Positions 8,767 to 18,150 of a stretch of DNA of 32,000 nucleotides are shown piece after piece. The DNA is from Erysipelotrichaceae bacterium (lineage in GTDB: Bacteria; Bacillota_I; Bacilli_A; Erysipelotrichales; Erysipelotrichaceae), in the NCBI GenBank assembly GCA_963663995.1, contig OY760660.1:1410001-1442000 (forward strand). Reading direction: 5' to 3'. Below the pieces are notes generated by a model, which saw only the letters and a program-made list of their open reading frames with translations, was not told the DNA's origin and did no database searches. The position numbers and the translations under genes are program-made. Position 1 is the stretch's first letter. Each line of letters starts with the position of its first letter.

Positions 8767-9272
8767 TTCGCTTAGCTAATAAAAAAGATTATCAACGAAT
8801 TTTAGAGATAACCAATCAAGTTATTCGTACATCCAATGCCATTTATCGTGAGGATGATCATACGATGGAAACACGACAAGAATGGTTTGAGTCTAAAGAA
8901 AAGAAAAATATTCCTATTTTTGTCTTTGAACTTGATGATAAAGTTGTTGGTTTTGTGACATATGGTGCTTTTAGAGAAAACGCTGGCTATCGATTTAGTG
9001 TTGAACACTCTCTTCATATTGATGAAGCTTATCGTAAACAAGGAATTGGCTCTGCTTTATTAAAACAACTCATTGATCACCTATTAACAACTAATTATCG
9101 TTTAGTGATTGGCGTTATCGATGCTGAAAACAAAGCAAGTTTACATCTGCATGAGAAATATGGATTTATTAACGAAGGTATCATTCACAATGTTGCGATA
9201 AAACACAATCAATGGTTGAACGTTTGTTTTATGAGTTTAGATTTGTTTGGGATGAAAGACAAAGACAATTAA
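8763..9272 (+). CDS. GNAT N-acetyltransferase (phosphinothricin/methionine-sulfoximine acetyltransferase-like, YwnH type)
   Basis: 169-aa ORF with the acetyl-CoA binding motif RKQGIGSALLKQL and YGFINEG. SD aaggag upstream. It overlaps the NUDIX gene stop (ATGA). Confidence 0.75.
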   Translation: MIRLANKKDYQRILEITNQVIRTSNAIYREDDHTMETRQEWFESKEKKNIPIFVFELDDKVVGFVTYGAFRENAGYRFSVEHSLHIDEAYRKQGIGSALLKQLIDHLLTTNYRLVIGVIDAENKASLHLHEKYGFINEGIIHNVAIKHNQWLNVCFMSLDLFGMKDKDN

Positions 9273-9896
9273 AGAAACCAAAATATACAGCATACCAACG
9301 ATTAGTAAACTATTATCAGCTTGAAATGTCTGGATATATGCTGAGAAAATCCCACCTAAAACAAAACATAAAATTGAATACATGAGAAAGAGCGCTTTAA
9401 AGCGTTCTTCTTTTTTACCACGAATGGCTTTAGCTAGACTTACCGCTGCATCCGTGACATAACCGCTCATATGTGTAGTTCTAATTGTGATGTTTTGAAA
9501 ACGTAGGTATGTTCCATTTTGTAAACCCATCCCAAAGGCCATTATTCTAAGTATACCTACTAAACTAATGGTATTTAAATCTCCTAGTATCAGTAATAAT
9601 CCAAATAACAGAGAATATAGACTATGTAGATATCGGATACCACGATTACGTTTATATGTTGTTAAACCCGAAAAGAAAGCACCGACAAAGAAAAGACCCA
9701 CATAACTTAGTAAGTCAAATGCAAATGAATAGTTATTTTCTACTAATGCGATTGAAATCCGTGATAGTGATCCTGTTTGATGAGTTATTGTTTTATCTAA
9801 TAAAAAAATTGCACTGACATTAATTGCTCCAGCAAGAAAGGTTAGTGTTGATATCCATGTAGTAGTAAAAACGACTCTATTTTGATACTGACGCAT
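9237..9896 (-). CDS. DUF1275/YoaK-family integral membrane protein
   Basis: Multi-TM ORF with YoaK-like features (LAGAINVSAIFLL ... THMSGYVTD). The track start 9941 is a TTG immediately after the gpmI terminator. I prefer ATG 9896 (MRQYQ), preceded by agga 8 nt upstream. Confidence 0.6.
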   Translation of the reverse strand: MRQYQNRVVFTTTWISTLTFLAGAINVSAIFLLDKTITHQTGSLSRISIALVENNYSFAFDLLSYVGLFFVGAFFSGLTTYKRNRGIRYLHSLYSLLFGLLLILGDLNTISLVGILRIMAFGMGLQNGTYLRFQNITIRTTHMSGYVTDAAVSLAKAIRGKKEERFKALFLMYSILCFVLGGIFSAYIQTFQADNSLLIVGMLYILVSLIVFVFHPKQI

Positions 9897-9943
9897 TTTA
9901 AATTCCTGAGTCATCATAAGCCCATGTCTATTAAAATACAACT

Positions 9944-9968
9944 AAAAAAGACAGATTTTCATCTGTCT
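9944..9968 (-). terminator. Intrinsic terminator after gpmI
   Basis: Minus strand reads TAAgacagat-gaaa-atctgtcTTTTTT: an 8-bp stem, a GAAA loop and a T6 tract directly after the stop codon. Confidence 0.8.
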
Positions 9969-11530
9969 TAAGCAATTAATGATTCTTCCCAGTTTGGGTC
10001 TTTTTCAACTTCTAATAAATCAGCTAAAGTTGATGCAATATTAGCTAAACCAAAGTTGCCTTGTTTTAAAGTTACATCTTTACCAACAACGTAGAAAGGT
10101 ACAGGGTTTAGTGTATGAGATGTTTTAGGTTTTGGTGTTGCATTAGGATCTTTCGATTTTTCATACATTTCATCCGCATTCCCATGGTCTGCCGTAATAA
10201 CGACAATCCCATCCACTTTTTTAGCTGCATCAAGTAGACGTTTCAATTGTAAATCTACCGTTTCAACAGCAATTGTTGCGGCTAAGTAATTTCCAGTATG
10301 TCCAACCATATCACCATTAGGATAATTACAACGTAAGAATTGATATTTATTTGATTCAATCGCTTTGATGAGTTCATCAGTAACTTCCGCTGCTTTCATC
10401 CAAGGACGTTGATCAAATGGAACAACATCTGATTTTATTTCTAGATATGTTTCTAAACGATCATCAAATTTACCAGTTTTATTCCCATTCCAGAAATAAG
10501 TCACGTGACCATATTTTTGAGTTTCTGAAATTGCATACTCATTAATATTTTCAGCAACTAACTTTTCAGTAAGTGTGTGTTTGATTTTTGGTGGATTTAC
10601 AAGATAACGATTAGGAATCTTTAAATCACCATCATATTGAAGCATTCCCGCATAAACAACTTTAGGGAAGTAAGTTCTTGTGATTGTTGATAGGTTTTCA
10701 TCTTCAAAGGCACGTGATATTTCAATCGCTCTATCACCTCTAAAGTTAAAGAATATTAAAGAATCGCCATCAACGATTTTACCGACAGCTTCACCATCTT
10801 CAGCGATAACAAATGCAGGTAAGTTTTGATCATCAATGTTGAGTTCAGCACGATAAGTTTCAATCGCTTCAGTTGCACTAGCAAATTGACGACCTTCACC
10901 CATGACATGAGTTGCCCAACCACGTTCAACCATTGCCCAATCTGCTTCATAACGGTCCATCGTAATAACCATACGACCACCACCAGATGCAATCTTACCA
11001 TTGAAGTTTCCATCGTTTAATTCAGCAAATAAAGCTTCGATTTGATCAACATATTGAAGTGCGCTTGTTGCTGGAACATCACGTCCATCTAACAAGATAT
11101 GTAATCTTACTTTTTTAATCCCTTCACTCTTCGCTTGTTTAATCATCGCGATGACATGAGCGATGTTTGAGTGAACGTTACCGTCTGATAATAAACCTAA
11201 TAAATGTAAGGTTGATTTCTTCGCATTGGTAGATACTTCATTCCAAGCTTCACTTTGATAAATTGAACCATCTTCAATGGATTCATTGACTAATTTAGCT
11301 CCTTGAGAGTAAATTTGACCACAACCAATCGCATTGTGTCCTACTTCACTATTTCCCATATCATCATCTGATGGTAAACCAACAGCTGTTCCATGAGCTT
11401 TAAGTTGAGTAAAAGGTCCTTTTTTTAATAAATCTAGAGTTGGTGTATAAGAATTTAATACAGCATTGCCATATGTGCTTTCTGAGATTCCCACACCATC
11501 CATAACAACAAATATTACAGGTCTTTTCAT
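9968..11530 (-). CDS. gpmI: 2,3-bisphosphoglycerate-independent phosphoglycerate mutase
   Basis: 520-aa ORF with iPGM signatures (VMDGVGI ... GNSEVGHNAIG ... ITADHGNADEM). SD aaggag upstream. Confidence 0.95.
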   Translation of the reverse strand: MKRPVIFVVMDGVGISESTYGNAVLNSYTPTLDLLKKGPFTQLKAHGTAVGLPSDDDMGNSEVGHNAIGCGQIYSQGAKLVNESIEDGSIYQSEAWNEVSTNAKKSTLHLLGLLSDGNVHSNIAHVIAMIKQAKSEGIKKVRLHILLDGRDVPATSALQYVDQIEALFAELNDGNFNGKIASGGGRMVITMDRYEADWAMVERGWATHVMGEGRQFASATEAIETYRAELNIDDQNLPAFVIAEDGEAVGKIVDGDSLIFFNFRGDRAIEISRAFEDENLSTITRTYFPKVVYAGMLQYDGDLKIPNRYLVNPPKIKHTLTEKLVAENINEYAISETQKYGHVTYFWNGNKTGKFDDRLETYLEIKSDVVPFDQRPWMKAAEVTDELIKAIESNKYQFLRCNYPNGDMVGHTGNYLAATIAVETVDLQLKRLLDAAKKVDGIVVITADHGNADEMYEKSKDPNATPKPKTSHTLNPVPFYVVGKDVTLKQGNFGLANIASTLADLLEVEKDPNWEESLIA

Positions 11531-11590
11531 ATTGTCTCCTTGTTTGCCTATTTATTTTAACACTTAAGTTTAAAAATGTGTGTAATATGC

Positions 11591-11611
11591 AAAAAGGCGA
11601 TTACTCGCCTT
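11591..11611 (-). terminator. Hairpin overlapping the divIC stop codon; probable terminator
   Basis: Minus strand reads aaggcga-gTAA-tcgccttTTTg: a 6-7-bp stem followed by a short T tract. Confidence 0.55.
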
Positions 11612-11897
11612 CATCTTCTGGTAAATAATAAATCTGTTCACCATCTTTAGTTAACATATAAGTTGCTCGAGCATAACTTTTCACATACTCAGGATCTTCC
11701 AGCTTTTCTTTTTGTTGAGCTAAAAGTTGATTCTGTTCTTCTAAAACACTAAGCTCTAATTCAACATCGGTTAAACTTTGACTAAGTTCAATTGTTTTAA
11801 TGACTTCGTCAACCACTGGTTTTAATAACGGTATCGAAACCGCAATAAACAACAAACTTACCCAAACTTTTTGTCTTTTTGCTTTTTTAGTCTTCAT
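11601..11897 (-). CDS. divIC: Septum formation initiator family protein (DivIC/FtsB type)
   Basis: 98-aa ORF with a basic N-terminus, a single TM segment, a coiled coil (LELSVLEEQNQLLAQQKEKLEDPEYVKSYAR) and the typical DPEY...AR motif. Synteny with yabO. Confidence 0.8.
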   Translation of the reverse strand: MKTKKAKRQKVWVSLLFIAVSIPLLKPVVDEVIKTIELSQSLTDVELELSVLEEQNQLLAQQKEKLEDPEYVKSYARATYMLTKDGEQIYYLPEDEGE

Positions 11898-11925
11898 AAC
11901 ACTTCATATTATAGCCTAAAGTTCT

Positions 11926-12189
11926 TTAGACTTGTTCAATTCTTTCCTCTGAAACGACTTCATAACAGATTTTTTTATTGGCTTGTTGAATATTATCAGC
12001 TAAGTCTAAAACTCTAATTTTTAAATGACGATGACCAAAAATAATATCAATCTCATCCCCTATTTTGACATCTGCCGATGCTTTCGCAACTTTTCCGTTT
12101 AAGAGTAAACGATCTTGTAGGGCTAATTCTTTTGAGATAGGTCTTTTTTTAACCACTCGTGTGACTTTTAAATATTGATCAATGCGCAT
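11926..12189 (-). CDS. rqcP: S4-domain RNA-binding protein YabO/RqcP (Hsp15-like)
   Basis: 87-aa ORF. MRIDQYLKVTRVVKKRPISKELALQDRLLLNGKVAKASADVKIGDEI aligns by eye with B. subtilis YabO. It overlaps the mfd 3' end by 11 nt. Confidence 0.85.
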   Translation of the reverse strand: MRIDQYLKVTRVVKKRPISKELALQDRLLLNGKVAKASADVKIGDEIDIIFGHRHLKIRVLDLADNIQQANKKICYEVVSEERIEQV

Positions 12190-15100
12190 AAGCTTCCCCT
12201 TTCAACGGTATTTTTTGAATACTTTCTAAAACTTTATTTGATAAATCTAACCATTCATCTTCTTTAGGGATCGTTAAGATAATACTTTGATTCGCATATT
12301 TCAACTGAATCGTGTTTGATAATTTAGAAACTTCTTCAAAAACTTTAATACCATCAATACTACTGGACCACGCTTCACTAAAAGTGATTTGAACTTGGTG
12401 TTTGTATTCTTTAAATTGCTTAACACTTTCGTTGTTTAATAACAACTCCCAACGTTTCTTTTCAAACAATAAACGAACAGACTTTGGTAGTTTTCCATAT
12501 AAATCATTCGTCTCATCCAACAATAAGTCTAATTCACTAGCTGATTTTATAGCTTCTATTCTTTGGTATAAACTGAGCTTTTCAAAATCATTGGTTTCAA
12601 ATTGTTGTGGAATATAACCATCGATCGCTAAAGCTTGTTTGATTTCAGGTTCTTTTTCGACATAAATGCGACCAGTGCGTTTTTCTTCAATGGCATGTTG
12701 AAGCATCTCAATATACATATCAATACCAACTGTATCGATAAAACCTGATTGATTATCCCCTAACATTTCACCTGCACCACGAATGGTTAAGTCACGCATC
12801 GCAATTTTATAACCCGATCCTAGTTCGGTAAATTCTTTAATCGATTGTAATCGTTTTTGCGCGATTTCGGTCAGTTGTTTCTGAGGATTATACATTAAAT
12901 AGGCATAAGCTAAACGATCACTTCGACCAACTCGACCTTTGATTTGGTAGAGTTGTGATAAACCAAAAGTATCTGCACGATCAATAATCATTGTATTAGC
13001 ATTAGGAATATCAATGCCTGTTTCAACAATAGTAGTACATACAAGTACGTTTATTTCATTCGCATTAAACTGCAGCATAACATCTTCAATATCATCTCGA
13101 TGCATTTGACCATGAGCGATCCCAACTTTCGCATGAGGGAGAGCTTTTTGTAGTTTCATCGCAACACTATGAATATTCGCAACGTTGTTGTACAGATAGA
13201 AAACTTGACCTTGTCTTGATAGTTCTCTTTCAATAACATCTTTAACAATATTGTCGTTCTTTTGGATAACATAAGTTAATACCGGTAGACGATTTAAGGG
13301 TGGACTTTCAAGTTGTGAAAGCTGTCTTACGCCAACCAAAGACATTTGAAGTGTTCTAGGGATTGGTGTAGCACTTAAAGATAAGACATGAACTGATTGT
13401 CTTACTTCTTTTAATTTCTCTTTATGTTCAACCCCAAAACGTTGTTCTTCATCAATAATAAGCAAGGATAAGTCTTTGAAACTAACATCCTTAGATAAAA
13501 TACGATGGGTTCCTATTAAGACATCTATTCTTCCTTCAGCAACTTCTTTTAAGATTTGTTTGGCATGTGAATCTGTGACAAATCGATTGAGAACAGCGAT
13601 ATTTACAGGGTAATTTTCAAACCGGTGGCTAAAGGTTCGGTAATGTTGTTGAGATAAAACGGTCGTTGGACATAAGAATGCCACTTGTTTATGTTCACTA
13701 ATGGCTTTAAAAGCAGCGCGAATAGCAACTTCTGTTTTTCCAAAACCAACATCGCCACAAAGTAATCGATCCATTGGTTTTGTACTTTGCATATCTGCCT
13801 TAATTTCACTGATTGCACTTGCTTGATCATGCGTTAATTCAAACTCAAACTCTGCTTCAAACTCTTTTTGAAGAGGATTATCTTCAGCAAATTGATAAGC
13901 AATGTCTTGTTCTCTGACACTGTATAAACTGATTAAACGCTCAGCAATATCACGAACATTATTCTGAATCTTCTCTTTAGTTTTCTTCCACTCATTAGTG
14001 CCTAAACGATTTAACTTAGGGACAACACCATCTCTTGAGACAAATTTACGAACAAGTTGGAATTGTTCTAATGGGACATATAGATTGGAATTATCACGAT
14101 ATACGATATGTAAAAAATCACGATGAATTCCTTCAAGTGTTTTTGTGATTGTACCCATATATTGGCCAACCCCATATTGGTGATGGACGACATAATCACC
14201 TGTTTGAAGTTCAGAGTGTGTATGTAAAGTTTCAGCTTCTTTAAACTTACTTTGGTATTTACCGACATGTACTTTATGTTTGAACAGTTCTTTGGATGAA
14301 TATACGATCACATTCGCATCAATGAACTCAAAGCCTTCATCTAAATCTTGATGTAGAATCAATACTTGATTCATATATTCTTTATAACGCATGCTATAAG
14401 GAACTTTTAAATCCACCAACATTGGAATGAGAAGCTTTATTTCATTTTCTTTTAAACAACAAATAACTTTTTTACTTTCACTTTGCCTTTTAATATCTTT
14501 GGCATGTTGAAGTAAAGATGCATCAGGAATATCTAATTCTCTAAAAGGTAATTTCCCTTGTGCACTCTTAGATTCAAATCGTCTAAAATCAAAACGTTTT
14601 ACACCTGCTAAAAACTCAGATAGGCGCATAAATACAGAATATTGTGCTAAAGCTCTACTGTTTTGATTCAGTTCAACTAGATAATCTAAACTCTCTTCAC
14701 TTAAACGTCTTTCATGTTCTTCTAAGTCTTCAGTTGTTGATAAAAACACTGATGGGTTGTTTATATAATCAACTAAACGATACTTTGATTTAAGTAAAGC
14801 ACGATATCGATATAAGTGATTCTCCTTTATGCCTTTTCTAATCAGCTCGAGATCTTGTTCAACGTTCTCTTCAAGATCATTCATAAAATCTTCACTTTTG
14901 TGTTTTCTGTCTTGGGCAAGTAATTCTTGTGCTTTTAACTCTAATTCAGCAATTTCTTCTTCACTAAACAACAAATCACTACAGGGTTGAATTTGTATAG
15001 AATCTATACTTTCAATTGTTCTTTGAGTAGATAAATCAAAAACTCTGATTGATTCTACCTCATCATCAAAAAACTCAATCCGAATTGGGTCATTACTATT

Positions 15101-15637
15101 AATTGGAAAGACATCTATAACTCCACCACGTGCTGCATATGTATTAGGTACATCAACTCTTGATGTTAGTTGATAGCCTAGTTTATGCAGTTTTAATTTA
15201 AGTTCTTTTAAATCAATTCGTTGGCTTGTTTTTAAGTCCAATTTATTATCTAAAAAATATTTTGGATTAGGTGTATATCGAAGAATAGCCCCTAAATGTG
15301 TTACGCAAACTAAATTTTCTTCATTATTTAATCGTGATAATGTATCCATTTTTATAACAGACATTTCAGGAGATGTTGCAATCGATTCAACTCTTAACGA
15401 CTCTTCGACAGGATATAAAAGCGACTGATCTTCTAACCAAAATTGAATTTTCTCAAACAATTGTTGGGCTTGGTATAAATTAGCTTTCACAATCATCATC
15501 GATCTCGGATTATTTTTATAAGAAGATGCGATCAGCAATGCTTCTTGTGTTAATGAGAGATGAGAAAAAGAGACTTTCCCTAAAGAAAAGTCTTTGATTG
15601 TTTGATGGTTGCTTATTAAATTGATAATTTCTTTCAT
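12179..15637 (-). CDS. mfd: Transcription-repair coupling factor
   Basis: 1152-aa ORF with a UvrB-homology N-terminus, a CarD/RID-like region (GDYVVHHQYGVGQY), superfamily-2 helicase motifs (GDVGFGKTEVA, DEEQRFGV, SATPIPRT) and a TRG motif. It overlaps the pth stop (ATGA). Confidence 0.97.
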   Translation of the reverse strand: MKEIINLISNHQTIKDFSLGKVSFSHLSLTQEALLIASSYKNNPRSMMIVKANLYQAQQLFEKIQFWLEDQSLLYPVEESLRVESIATSPEMSVIKMDTLSRLNNEENLVCVTHLGAILRYTPNPKYFLDNKLDLKTSQRIDLKELKLKLHKLGYQLTSRVDVPNTYAARGGVIDVFPINSNDPIRIEFFDDEVESIRVFDLSTQRTIESIDSIQIQPCSDLLFSEEEIAELELKAQELLAQDRKHKSEDFMNDLEENVEQDLELIRKGIKENHLYRYRALLKSKYRLVDYINNPSVFLSTTEDLEEHERRLSEESLDYLVELNQNSRALAQYSVFMRLSEFLAGVKRFDFRRFESKSAQGKLPFRELDIPDASLLQHAKDIKRQSESKKVICCLKENEIKLLIPMLVDLKVPYSMRYKEYMNQVLILHQDLDEGFEFIDANVIVYSSKELFKHKVHVGKYQSKFKEAETLHTHSELQTGDYVVHHQYGVGQYMGTITKTLEGIHRDFLHIVYRDNSNLYVPLEQFQLVRKFVSRDGVVPKLNRLGTNEWKKTKEKIQNNVRDIAERLISLYSVREQDIAYQFAEDNPLQKEFEAEFEFELTHDQASAISEIKADMQSTKPMDRLLCGDVGFGKTEVAIRAAFKAISEHKQVAFLCPTTVLSQQHYRTFSHRFENYPVNIAVLNRFVTDSHAKQILKEVAEGRIDVLIGTHRILSKDVSFKDLSLLIIDEEQRFGVEHKEKLKEVRQSVHVLSLSATPIPRTLQMSLVGVRQLSQLESPPLNRLPVLTYVIQKNDNIVKDVIERELSRQGQVFYLYNNVANIHSVAMKLQKALPHAKVGIAHGQMHRDDIEDVMLQFNANEINVLVCTTIVETGIDIPNANTMIIDRADTFGLSQLYQIKGRVGRSDRLAYAYLMYNPQKQLTEIAQKRLQSIKEFTELGSGYKIAMRDLTIRGAGEMLGDNQSGFIDTVGIDMYIEMLQHAIEEKRTGRIYVEKEPEIKQALAIDGYIPQQFETNDFEKLSLYQRIEAIKSASELDLLLDETNDLYGKLPKSVRLLFEKKRWELLLNNESVKQFKEYKHQVQITFSEAWSSSIDGIKVFEEVSKLSNTIQLKYANQSIILTIPKEDEWLDLSNKVLESIQKIPLKGEAYAH

Positions 15638-16194
15638 TCGTTTGTGTTATATCTTGTCATCACATCGACATAGTTAATTTTCACAAAGTCTAAACAAGCT
15701 TTATGAGCTTTTTCTAAACTCTTATCTAAGATTGCCTTATCTTCCTTTGAAAATGTTCCTAAAACATGTTTGATAACTTGTTCTTTGTCTAAATTTCCTA
15801 TTCCTATACGCATCCGTTTAAAAATTTGATGGTTTAGATGAGAAATAATTGATTTCATGCCATTATGACCACCAGATCCACCTTTTTCACGTAATCTAAG
15901 TTTACCTATTGGTAAATCTAAATCATCATAAACGATCATGATATCTTGATGATCAATTTGAAAAAAGTCTGTGACCATTCGGACAGCTTCACCGCTATTA
16001 TTCATAAAAGTCAAAGGTTTAACTAAGATTAAGGTTTCACCATTATAGATACCTTTTGCAATTTCTGCATTAAATTTCTTTTTAAATGAAAAACCTAAAT
16101 CTTTAGCAACTAAATCGATGACCATAAACCCGACATTATGCCGGGTCTTTTCGTACTCTTTACCTGGATTTCCCAGTCCTACTATGCATTTCAT
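15634..16194 (-). CDS. pth: Peptidyl-tRNA hydrolase
   Basis: MKCIVGLGNPGKEYEKTRHNVGF and GGHNGMKSI are canonical Pth motifs. The track start 16209 is a TTG inside a TATAAT. I place the start at ATG 16194. Confidence 0.92.
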   Translation of the reverse strand: MKCIVGLGNPGKEYEKTRHNVGFMVIDLVAKDLGFSFKKKFNAEIAKGIYNGETLILVKPLTFMNNSGEAVRMVTDFFQIDHQDIMIVYDDLDLPIGKLRLREKGGSGGHNGMKSIISHLNHQIFKRMRIGIGNLDKEQVIKHVLGTFSKEDKAILDKSLEKAHKACLDFVKINYVDVMTRYNTNE

Positions 16195-16200
16195 AGGTAT

Positions 16201-16206
16201 ATTATA
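16201..16206 (-). promoter_or_regulatory. -10 TATAAT 6 nt upstream of the pth ATG (possible leaderless mRNA)
   Basis: Minus strand reads ctgttgTATAATatacctATG. There is no SD, and the hexamer sits directly after the jag terminator tail. Confidence 0.4.
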
Positions 16207-16213
16207 CAACAGT

Positions 16214-16242
16214 AAAAGAAAAGCTTAGAAACTCTAAGCTTT
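16214..16242 (-). terminator. Intrinsic terminator after jag/khpB
   Basis: Minus strand reads aaagcttag-agttt-ctaagctttTCTTTT: a 9-bp stem overlapping the jag TAG stop, followed by a U-rich tail. Confidence 0.7.
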
Positions 16243-16848
16243 ACTGTCATCATAAATGATTTTTAAACGACGATCGCGTCCTTCGCCAATACTTTCTGTA
16301 CGAATATTTTTCATTTCGCCTAAGAATTGATGAATGACTTTACGTTCGTCATTAGGTAATGGATCTAAAGTAGCATCTACTTTTGTTCGTTGTACTGTTT
16401 TCGCAATACGACGAGCCATCGCAACAACTTTGTCATAACGATCAACTTTATAGTTATTTATATCCACAAGAACATTGATGTGTTTTTTGAAATGTGCGCT
16501 TACAGCTGCTTTCACGACTGTGTTAATCGATTGTAATGTTTGACCATTTTTACCAATTAATACTGCATTGTTTTCAGCATTAAGCATAACTTTTAAACCG
16601 CTGTTGTCTTGACCAACAGTTACCTCTACTTCTAAACCTAAGTTAGTGAAGTAATCATTTAAATAAGCATATATGAAATCTAAGATGTCACTTGGACCAT
16701 AGATAACTGCTGATACACTATTACCAAATCCTAAGAAGCCAGATTTTTCTTCTTTGCTCAACACCACTAAATTTTCAAGAGCTGTCTTCTTATCTTCGGC
16801 TGCAAGTTGTAAACACTCGTCGAGTGTTTTACCTACATAGGTTTTCAT
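16234..16848 (-). CDS. khpB: Jag/KhpB RNA-binding protein (Jag-N, KH and R3H domains)
   Basis: 204-aa ORF with a KH-like GKNGQTLQSIN and an R3H region (DPLPNDERKVIHQFL). Its position right after yidC is the conserved yidC-jag pairing. Confidence 0.9.
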   Translation of the reverse strand: MKTYVGKTLDECLQLAAEDKKTALENLVVLSKEEKSGFLGFGNSVSAVIYGPSDILDFIYAYLNDYFTNLGLEVEVTVGQDNSGLKVMLNAENNAVLIGKNGQTLQSINTVVKAAVSAHFKKHINVLVDINNYKVDRYDKVVAMARRIAKTVQRTKVDATLDPLPNDERKVIHQFLGEMKNIRTESIGEGRDRRLKIIYDDSKA

Positions 16849-17726
16849 TAATTACCTTGTTCCGGTGCGATGTAATGGTGTTGAATGAATAATGTTTGTC
16901 CTGCTTGAGCAATTGAAGTCACTAACCAATAGAGTGACATCGCAGTTGGCCAACCAATCGCTAAGAACATAATGAATCCAATTGAGGAGTACATCATGAT
17001 TTCCATATTTGGACCAGATTTCTTACCTTCTGCATATTTCTTTTCCTTAACAGGGTTGTTCCTCTTTTGTAGCCACATAGGTAAACGCATGGATACAAAT
17101 TGCATACCACCCATTAATAAATAGATGATCATGAAGAACCAAACACCTTCTCCAAATGCTTCCCATGGGGATAAGGATAAACTAGAACCAAATACTGATC
17201 CATTCCATACCGCTGCAGATCTTTGAACCGCTTGGTACATAGCAATAATGACTGGGAATTGAATAAACATAACACCCATCGCTCCAAATGGATTGATATT
17301 ATGTTTTGAATAGAGGGCTTGCATTTCTTGACCCATCTTCATTTTTGATTGATTATCTGTTTTACCTTCATATTTTGCTTGAATACGTTTAAGTTCAGGA
17401 TTAATCATTTGCATTTTTTGTGATGCAACAGTCGACTTAATTGTTCCACCCAAAGTAATTAACTTAATAGCGATTGTAACAATTGTAATGGCTAAGAATA
17501 CACCAACAAATTGATCAATCCAGTTAATAGCTTGAGCAAGTGGATAGATTAATAAAGCTGTAAACCAACTTTCTGCATCTAAAACACTTGAGAATGTTGT
17601 ATCTAAATAGATAACTTTATCTGCATAGACACGTTTTGTAGCAGGATCAATAACATTAGTACATGCAGTTAATACAAACAACAAACCAATGATTAACAAT
17701 ACCTTCTTATTTAATAACTTTTTCAT
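16848..17726 (-). CDS. yidC: Membrane protein insertase YidC (lipoprotein-type, Gram-positive)
   Basis: 292-aa ORF with a signal peptide and lipobox (LLFVLTAC), and the YidC/Oxa1 core (MQALYSKHNINPFGA ... PVIIAMYQA). SD aaggag upstream. Confidence 0.93.
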   Translation of the reverse strand: MKKLLNKKVLLIIGLLFVLTACTNVIDPATKRVYADKVIYLDTTFSSVLDAESWFTALLIYPLAQAINWIDQFVGVFLAITIVTIAIKLITLGGTIKSTVASQKMQMINPELKRIQAKYEGKTDNQSKMKMGQEMQALYSKHNINPFGAMGVMFIQFPVIIAMYQAVQRSAAVWNGSVFGSSLSLSPWEAFGEGVWFFMIIYLLMGGMQFVSMRLPMWLQKRNNPVKEKKYAEGKKSGPNMEIMMYSSIGFIMFLAIGWPTAMSLYWLVTSIAQAGQTLFIQHHYIAPEQGN

Positions 17727-17772
17727 TCACATCTCCTTGAGGACGTTTTTGCGTTTTGCAGTGACTGCAAAT

Positions 17773-18117
17773 CTACGCTTTTTGCACTTTCATTCTAACT
17801 TTATTCAAAGTGTTTTCCAAATCTTTTTTATTTGCTTGATAATCTTGATTCATATAGCCTGCTCTAACCATAATTATCAAGTCAAATAACTCATCATTTA
17901 CAAGTTCACTAATCATCATTCGAACCTGTCTTTTTATTTTGTTTCTTACGACTGCTTTACCAAGTTTTTTTCCAACTGAAATACCATATCGAGCATGATC
18001 AGTTCTGCGATTATCATAGTAAAGCGCAAAAGAGGGAACGCTAACATATTTACGATTATTGAGGAGTCTTTGGAATTCCTCGTTTTTTGTAATACGTGAA
18101 GCTTTTTTTAAACCCAT
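17773..18117 (-). CDS. rnpA: Ribonuclease P protein component
   Basis: MGLKKASRITKNEEFQ ... the conserved RNR-like motif AVVRNKIKRQVR. The track start 18138 is a GTG inside the rpmH terminator stem. ATG 18117 matches the usual RnpA N-terminus. No SD is visible. Confidence 0.88.
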   Translation of the reverse strand: MGLKKASRITKNEEFQRLLNNRKYVSVPSFALYYDNRRTDHARYGISVGKKLGKAVVRNKIKRQVRMMISELVNDELFDLIIMVRAGYMNQDYQANKKDLENTLNKVRMKVQKA

Positions 18118-18126
18118 AGTAATTAA

Positions 18127-18150
18127 GAAAAAAGTCACCCTAAGGTGACT
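18127..18150 (-). terminator. Intrinsic terminator or attenuator between rpmH and rnpA
   Basis: Minus strand reads TAAagtcacc-ttag-ggtgactTTTTTc: a 7-bp stem immediately after the rpmH stop. The rnpA ATG follows 10 nt after the T tract. Confidence 0.7.

Noticed and set aside
9237-9272. A 36-bp convergent 3' overlap of the GNAT and DUF1275 genes, considered as a possible antisense regulatory module
   Set aside because: Short convergent overlaps are common in compact genomes. There is no structured element or conserved motif within the overlap. It is noted only under the head-on gene finding.
17727-17772. A hairpin, gcgt-aga-tttgcag-tca-ctgcaaa-acgc, between rnpA and yidC
   Set aside because: It has no U-tract, so it is not a clear terminator. 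It is short, and I have no comparative data to show conservation. It could be a processing or stability element, but the sequence alone does not support that.
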